From the NCBI GenBank assembly GCA_016432285.1, contig CP066682.1, positions 352,933 through 416,932 on the forward strand: a DNA stretch of 64,000 nucleotides, written 5' to 3'. This DNA is from Candidatus Kaiserbacteria bacterium. GTDB taxonomy: Bacteria > Patescibacteriota > Minisyncoccia > Phycocordibacterales > UBA2100. How positions within the stretch are numbered: position 1 is the first letter of the stretch; each line of letters starts with the position of its first letter. The translations under genes were made by a program, and so were the position numbers. Of this stretch, positions 58,818-64,000 are shown piece after piece. The notes beneath the pieces were generated by a model. That model saw only the letters and a program-made list of their open reading frames with translations. It searched no databases and was not told where the DNA came from.

Positions 58818-59753
58818 ATGACTGAAGTACTTCGAGAAACCAACTTCAACTTCCTCGGCGAAAAAAAGACAGGAAAGGTGCGCGACATCTACGAACAGCC
58901 GGACCGGCTGATTTTGATAACGACCGATCGCCACTCCTCCTTCGACCGCATCATTGCCCACATTCCTCACAAAGGGCAGGTCTTGAATCAGGTCAGCGCA
59001 TGGTGGTTCGAGCACACGAGGGACATCGTCCCGAACCATATTCTCGCCACGCCGGACCCGAACGTTACGGTCGGCAAAAAATACCAAACGGTGCCGGTGG
59101 AAGCCGTCGTGCGCGGTTACCTCACCGGCGTTACCGACACCGCGATCTGGACTCGCTACGAAAAGGGAATGCGTGATTTCGGAGGCGCGAAGCTCGCGAA
59201 CGGGCTCAAGAAAAATCAGAGATTGCCGCAACCGATTTTCGATCCGACGACCAAGGAGGACACACATGACCGCGCGATTTCCCCAGAAGAGATGATCGCC
59301 GAAGGGCTCATCACGAGGGATCTCTTTGAAAACGTAAAACAAACGGCGCTTGAGCTCTTTGCGCGCGGGCAGGAGCTCGCCGCAAAAAACGGTCTCATAC
59401 TTGTCGACACGAAGTACGAGTTCGGTCTCGACGAAAAAGGCGCGCTCGTTCTCATCGATGAGATTCACACACCGGATTCCTCACGCTACTGGATGCTCGA
59501 TACCTACGAGGACCGTTTCGCAAAAGGAGAAGAGCCGCAGTATTTTGACAAGGAGTTCCTTCGCCTGTGGTTTAAGGAGCACTGTGATCCGTACAAAGAC
59601 GCCGTGCTACCGGAGGCGCCGAAGGAGCTTGTGGAGGAAATGAGTCGCCGCTACATACAGATGTATGAGAAAATAACGGGGCAGGCGTTTCTGGCCGGCG
59701 CGGAGCCAATTATTTCGAGAATGGAGAACAATCTAAGAGAGTATGCCATTTGA
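58818..59753 (+). CDS. purC: SAICAR synthetase PurC (long form)
   Basis: GKVRDIY, LILITTDRHSSFD, LVDTKYEFG. Confidence 0.93.
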   Translation: MTEVLRETNFNFLGEKKTGKVRDIYEQPDRLILITTDRHSSFDRIIAHIPHKGQVLNQVSAWWFEHTRDIVPNHILATPDPNVTVGKKYQTVPVEAVVRGYLTGVTDTAIWTRYEKGMRDFGGAKLANGLKKNQRLPQPIFDPTTKEDTHDRAISPEEMIAEGLITRDLFENVKQTALELFARGQELAAKNGLILVDTKYEFGLDEKGALVLIDEIHTPDSSRYWMLDTYEDRFAKGEEPQYFDKEFLRLWFKEHCDPYKDAVLPEAPKELVEEMSRRYIQMYEKITGQAFLAGAEPIISRMENNLREYAI

Positions 59754-61155
59754 TCAACTGACAGCAATCACACCAATCGACGGCCGCTACCGGGACGCGG
59801 CCTCGGGGCTTGCCGAGTATTTCAGCGAGTATGCGCTCATACGGGCACGGGTGCGCATGGAGTGCGAATACTTGATCGCGCTTTCGGAAACGCCCCACGT
59901 CGGCGTGCGCTCGCTCTCTGCCGAGGAAAAGAAACTACTCCAAAGAATGGCTGCGGTCTCGCTCGACGATGCGCGAGTGGTGAAGAAAATCGAGAAGGAG
60001 GGCTATGAGGAAATCCCCGCCACCAACCACGATGTGAAAGCGGTCGAGTACTTCCTCAAGAAACGACTGGCGGGCACCTCGCTCGTCGATCTTTCGGAGT
60101 GGATACACTTCGCCACCACCTCCGAAGATACCAACAGCATCGCGTACGGGCTTCTCCTGCGGGATTTTTTGGAAGGCATGTTCCTCGATTCGCTTGGCGA
60201 GATCGAAAAGCACCTCGGAGAGTACGCAAAAAAATATGCGGCCGCTCCCATGCTCGCGCGCACCCACGGCCAGCCAGCCACCCCGACCACCTTTGGCAAG
60301 GAGATGAAAGTATTTCTCAATCGTCTGGAGCGGCAAGTGGAAATCTTGAAGGCAGGCACGATTTTGGTGAAGCTCGGCGGAGCTACCGGTAATTGGAGCG
60401 CGCACGTGGCGGCAGCGCCCGAGGTGGACTGGATCGATTTTTCGCGGAAGTTTATCGAGCAGCTCAACGAAGCGGGAAAGGGCAAGCAGCATGTGGTCCG
60501 TCTCGCGCTCAATCCGTACACGACGCAGATCGAGCCGCACGACACGTATGCAGAGCTTTTCGATGCGGTGCGGCGTATCAATACGATTTTGCTCGATCTT
60601 TCGCAGGATTACTGGCGGTACATCAGCGACGGATGGCTCACGCAAAAGCCGAAGGCCGGGGAAGTGGGCTCTTCGACGATGCCGCACAAAATAAACCCGA
60701 TTGATTTCGAGAACGCCGAGGGCAATCTTGGCGCCGCCAACGCGCTCTTCGAATTCTTTTCCCGCAAACTCCCGATCTCGCGCTTGCAGCGCGACCTTTC
60801 GGATTCTACGGTCGAGCGTATCTTCGGCACCGCCTTCGCCCATACGGTGATCGGCTGGAAGGCCCTGACGCGCGGCCTCGGCAAGGTGGGAGTCAATGAG
60901 AAGGCGATGCTCGCGGATCTCCAGAAGCATCCGGAAGTGATCGCAGAGGCGATCCAGACGGTGCTCCGCAAAGAGGGAGTCGAGGTGCCTTATGAAAAAT
61001 TGAAAGCGCTCACCCGCGGCAGAGAAGTGACGCTCGAAGATTTCGCAGCATTTATCGACGGTCTCGACGTGTCCGCCGAAGTGAAGAAGCGCCTTAAATC
61101 ATTCGCTCCCGAAAGCTACATCGGCCTTGCCGAAAAAATCGCGAGGAGCGACTAA
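59743..61155 (+). CDS. purB: Adenylosuccinate lyase PurB
   Basis: ISPIDGRY-type N-terminus (ITPIDGRYRD) and the GSSTMPHKINP signature. It overlaps purC by 11 nt. Confidence 0.95.
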   Translation: MPFDQLTAITPIDGRYRDAASGLAEYFSEYALIRARVRMECEYLIALSETPHVGVRSLSAEEKKLLQRMAAVSLDDARVVKKIEKEGYEEIPATNHDVKAVEYFLKKRLAGTSLVDLSEWIHFATTSEDTNSIAYGLLLRDFLEGMFLDSLGEIEKHLGEYAKKYAAAPMLARTHGQPATPTTFGKEMKVFLNRLERQVEILKAGTILVKLGGATGNWSAHVAAAPEVDWIDFSRKFIEQLNEAGKGKQHVVRLALNPYTTQIEPHDTYAELFDAVRRINTILLDLSQDYWRYISDGWLTQKPKAGEVGSSTMPHKINPIDFENAEGNLGAANALFEFFSRKLPISRLQRDLSDSTVERIFGTAFAHTVIGWKALTRGLGKVGVNEKAMLADLQKHPEVIAEAIQTVLRKEGVEVPYEKLKALTRGREVTLEDFAAFIDGLDVSAEVKKRLKSFAPESYIGLAEKIARSD

Positions 61156-61553
61156 TCAACGTCGTCAGTCGGGGGATTTTCGGCACGCTCACGCGTTTCG
61201 TTAATTTTGTCGTGTAAGACACGCGCTATGGCGACGTAGTACGTGGGGTGCTGTTGCCAGACATGTTCCTCGCTGATCAAAATCATGTTGCGCAAATCCG
61301 CTATTTCATAGACCTTGAGTCCGACTGCGCGCTGCTGAATGTCCGTTTCCGAAATGACGAGCGGGTCTCCATTTTTATCGTGCAGAGATCCTATGAATTC
61401 GTACATTTTTTTAACGTGCGCAAGGAATTCCTTTTCCGTCGGGTAACGATCATAACCTTCATTGTCTCTCTTCACTCCCGAAGAGTCTGGAGACCGTTGT
61501 TTCCACGGGCCCTTGATGACGTTTTTGCCGGGGTCGAAAGAATCCTTGACCAT
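61152..61553 (-). CDS. Hypothetical protein (133 aa); low-GC islet
   Basis: TATCAT (complement of 61561-61566) lies 7 nt upstream of the ATG. No recognisable motif. Its stop overlaps the purB stop. Confidence 0.5.
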   Translation of the reverse strand: MVKDSFDPGKNVIKGPWKQRSPDSSGVKRDNEGYDRYPTEKEFLAHVKKMYEFIGSLHDKNGDPLVISETDIQQRAVGLKVYEIADLRNMILISEEHVWQQHPTYYVAIARVLHDKINETRERAENPPTDDVD

Positions 61554-61572
61554 GCGCGAAATGATACCAAGG

Positions 61573-62355
61573 TTATTGCTTGAGCCCGAGGCCGGTACGG
61601 ATCAGGTACCAGTTGATCACCGCGAGCGCAAGGATGAGCACGCCAAGCACACCGACCGAAACGGCAAGCGAGATGTCGGCGATACCGAGGAAGCCGTAGC
61701 GGAAACCGTTGATGAGGTAAAAGAGCGGATTGGCGTAGGTGATCGCCTGCCACCAGGCGGGGAGCGTGTGCACGGAATAAAAGATGCCGCCGAGGTAGAC
61801 CAGGGGAGTGAGGACGAAGGTGGGCACGAGGTTGATGCCGTCGATTGTCTTGGCGTAGACGCCATTGACCAATCCCGCGAGCGCGAAGACGAGCGAGGTG
61901 AGGATCGCGAAGGCAAGGATGATCAGCGCGTTGTGGATGGTGATCGAGAGCCCCGTGAAAAAGAGCGAGATCGTCATCACGAGCGCGCCCACCAAGACGC
62001 CGCGCACGACGCCGCCTGCGATGAAGCCCGCGATGATAAGCCACGGCGGCATGGGGGAGACGAGCATCTCGTCGATCGATCGCATGAAGAATTTCGACTG
62101 GAAGAAGGTGAACGAGGAATTGGCATACGCGCTCGTTACGATCGCGAGCATGACGAGCCCCGGCACCACGAACTGCATGTAGTCGAAGCCCTGCATATCT
62201 CCAATGCGGGAGCCAAGCACCGTCCCGAAGACCGTGAAGTAGAGGGCGGAAGTGATCACGCTCGGCAAAAAGGTCTGCACCCAGATGCGGAACATGCGCA
62301 CCACGTCCTTGCGGAGCATGGTGTAGAAGGCGATCCATTTTCTGCGGGCAGGCAT
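61573..62355 (-). CDS. ABC-2 type transporter permease
   Basis: 6 TM segments with an ABC-2 pattern. The ATG at 62355 (MPARRKWIAFYTML) is preferred over the GTG at 62364. Confidence 0.75.
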   Translation of the reverse strand: MPARRKWIAFYTMLRKDVVRMFRIWVQTFLPSVITSALYFTVFGTVLGSRIGDMQGFDYMQFVVPGLVMLAIVTSAYANSSFTFFQSKFFMRSIDEMLVSPMPPWLIIAGFIAGGVVRGVLVGALVMTISLFFTGLSITIHNALIILAFAILTSLVFALAGLVNGVYAKTIDGINLVPTFVLTPLVYLGGIFYSVHTLPAWWQAITYANPLFYLINGFRYGFLGIADISLAVSVGVLGVLILALAVINWYLIRTGLGLKQ

Positions 62356-62660
62356 ACCTGTCACACGAAATGACCTGATCGCAGGCCGGTAGTAAGTCGA
62401 CGTTTTAAAGCAGTTCTTGCACCAGCGGATTTCTTCAGCATTTGCTCCCGCCGCTCGGCATCGGCCTGCGATGAGTACGCCTCATAGTACAGGAGTTTGA
62501 ACGGTACCCGAGGTTTCGTTGACTTGTTTAGGCCGTCGTTATGTTCGGAAAAACGTCTGCGCAGGTCCGATGTATACCCGGCGTAGAGCTTTGTATCTTT
62601 TGAACTTTGCAAGATGTATACGTAGAACATAACTAGGTCATTTCGTGTGAACAGGCATAC
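62349..62660 (-). mobile_element. Miniature TIR element (294 bp between the repeats) carrying only a GIY-YIG ORF, with a 9-bp target-site duplication
   Basis: Direct repeat CAGGCATAC at 62349-62357 and 62652-62660. Perfect 16-bp terminal inverted repeats: TCACACGAAATGACCT (62361-62376) and AGGTCATTTCGTGTGA (62635-62650). Low GC. Confidence 0.8.
62361..62630 (-). CDS. GIY-YIG nuclease-domain protein (UPF0213/YhbQ-like, 89 aa)
   Basis: MFYVYILQSSKDTKLYAGYTSDLRRRFSEHN...FKLLYYEAY...A..RE..LK. Confidence 0.9.
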   Translation of the reverse strand: MFYVYILQSSKDTKLYAGYTSDLRRRFSEHNDGLNKSTKPRVPFKLLYYEAYSSQADAERREQMLKKSAGARTALKRRLTTGLRSGHFV

Positions 62661-63427
62661 TATTTTTCTTGCGTGAGCTTCAAAAAGACTTCCTCCAGCC
62701 GGCCGCCTCGATAGCCGTCTTTCGCGGCGCCCGTATCGTCGTGCATGGCGAGCACCTCCTGCATCGTGCCGTTGGCGACGATCTCGCCTTTGTTGATGAT
62801 CGCCACGCGCTTCGCGAGCTGCTCCGCTTCTTCGAGATAGTGCGTGGTGAGGAGGATGGTTACGCCTTCTCCGGTGAGCTTGCGGAGGTAGTCCCACATC
62901 CCGCGCCGCAGCTCCACGTCGACGCCCGCTGTCGGCTCGTCCAAGACGAGAAAGCGCGGCTTGTGTATCAACGCGCGGGCAATCATGAGGCGGCGCTTCA
63001 TGCCGCCCGAGAGCTGCATGCCGTTCTGCTCCATTTTCTCTCCGAGCCCGAGGTCGGTAAGGAGCTGCCTGGCGCGCGGAAGCGCCTCGCTGCGGGGGAG
63101 CCCATAGTAGCCGCCCTGGTTGACGACGATGTCGATGAGTTTCTCAAAGGGGTTGAAGTTGATTTCCTGCCCGACGAGGCCGATGAAGGTTTTGGCCACT
63201 TCGGGCTCTTTGTCGATCGAATGCCCGAAGACCTCCACCGTGCCGCTCGTTTTATTGACGAGGCCGGTCGCGATGCCGATGATCGTCGTTTTGCCCGCGC
63301 CGTTGGGGCCAAGCAGCGCAAAAAAGTCGCCCTGCGGAATGTCGAGCGAGACGCCTTTCAAGGCGACGGTCCCGCTCCGGTAGGTTTTCTTGAGGTCCTT
63401 GATCGAAAGTGCGTGCATGGGTTTCAA
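62660..63427 (-). CDS. ABC transporter ATP-binding protein
   Basis: Walker A GPNGAGKTT, signature LSGGMKRRL, Walker B FLVLDEPTAGVD. Confidence 0.93.
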   Translation of the reverse strand: MKPMHALSIKDLKKTYRSGTVALKGVSLDIPQGDFFALLGPNGAGKTTIIGIATGLVNKTSGTVEVFGHSIDKEPEVAKTFIGLVGQEINFNPFEKLIDIVVNQGGYYGLPRSEALPRARQLLTDLGLGEKMEQNGMQLSGGMKRRLMIARALIHKPRFLVLDEPTAGVDVELRRGMWDYLRKLTGEGVTILLTTHYLEEAEQLAKRVAIINKGEIVANGTMQEVLAMHDDTGAAKDGYRGGRLEEVFLKLTQEK

Positions 63428-64000
63428 GATAGTAGGCTAGTCTCTACAAAATGAAAAGCGTCGGAAGGATCTTTGACTGCCTGCGTGGGGATGACGCCGA
63501 TCACGGTGGCATCGTTGCCGCCGGTGAAGAGCGCGTCGCCCACGTAGAGGCAGTCCTCTTTTTTCCACCCCTCGTGCTCCAAAAGGCGCAGGATGTTGTA
63601 GCCCTTGTGCTTGCCATCGAGAATGAAGTTGAAGCTCGTGGTGCCGGCGGGCTCTACTGAAATCCCGAGTTCGCGGAGCTTGCGGACGTCCGCATCGTGC
63701 CGCGCGAGCGCGGCCTGCCGCTTTTTGTCATCCGGATCGAATGCGTATTTTTCGTTGATGTCGGCGTGGAAGCCGGTAACGCTCGCGGTCAACTGCGCAC
63801 CGCGATTTTCTTCCTCGAGTGGATAGCCGTGAAAATCTTCTCTCCGCAGGAGAGAGACGAATGCTTTGATTGCCGCCGTCTGCTTTGTGGAGAGCTCCTC
63901 GATCCAGAGCGGCGCGCCGTTTTTCGTGCGCGCATCGTTGCCGCTCTGCGCGAGCACGTAGTACTTACCATCGAATCGCGACGTCACTTGCTCGCGTATC
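63424..64000 (-). CDS. HAD-IIB-like phosphatase, C-terminal part (5' end off-window)
   Basis: LYVGDALFTGGNDATVIGV. It is a paralogue of the HAD half of the DedA-HAD fusion (FDPD.KKR..., GGNDA). The frame stays open to the window edge, and motif I (DxDxT) is not seen. Confidence 0.6.
   Translation of the reverse strand, partial: IREQVTSRFDGKYYVLAQSGNDARTKNGAPLWIEELSTKQTAAIKAFVSLLRREDFHGYPLEEENRGAQLTASVTGFHADINEKYAFDPDDKKRQAALARHDADVRKLRELGISVEPAGTTSFNFILDGKHKGYNILRLLEHEGWKKEDCLYVGDALFTGGNDATVIGVIPTQAVKDPSDAFHFVETSLLS

Overview
High-GC (about 60% by eye), very gene-dense bacterial chromosomal segment. It holds about 75 protein genes, 4 tRNAs (Ser-GGA, Gly-CCC, Arg-CCT, Phe-GAA) and RNase P RNA. 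I found no rRNA, no CRISPR array and no recognisable transposase or integrase ORF. Housekeeping content includes nth, a tandem-duplicated ddl, a mutY-like glycosylase, rnj, secG, groES-groEL, lemA/htpX, class II RNR nrdJ, murJ, lepA and hisS. There is also an extracytoplasmic thiol-redox island (Trx-like + DsbB, DoxX + FAD oxidase, Met-rich Trx + DipZ), a dTMP/folate cluster (glyA-tmk-dCMP deaminase / thyA-dcd-folA) and a purine cluster (purL-Q-E-M, purC-B). Several genes suggest a high-GC Patescibacteria/CPR-type genome: a Gmad2-like protein, an orphan family-5 SBP, a 1378-aa repeat-rich secreted protein, a DnaQ-like exonuclease, DUF192, a SET-domain protein and many small membrane proteins. 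That placement is inference only. Main second-look items follow. (1) A family of ORF-less, hairpin-rich mini-insertions, each bracketed by an exact 19-bp duplication of the end of the gene it abuts (lepA 5' end, tRNA-Arg 3' end, tRNA-Phe 3' end). They are built from two shared modules, one of which carries a segment complementary to the particular target. Weaker traces lie at tRNA-Gly and tRNA-Ser. (2) A 294-bp unit with perfect 16-bp terminal inverted repeats and a 9-bp target-site duplication, carrying only an 89-aa GIY-YIG ORF, has split an ABC ATPase/permease junction. (3) A pervasive -10 hexamer sits 5-9 nt upstream of start codons, suggesting leaderless expression. (4) Several single-gene low-GC islets are present. 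(5) Unusual protein architectures include Ddl-Ddl, DedA-HAD, Nth and MutY-like proteins without a full Fe-S motif, and a VKOR-type Trx domain next to DsbB. All family names come from recalled motifs; no database search was possible.
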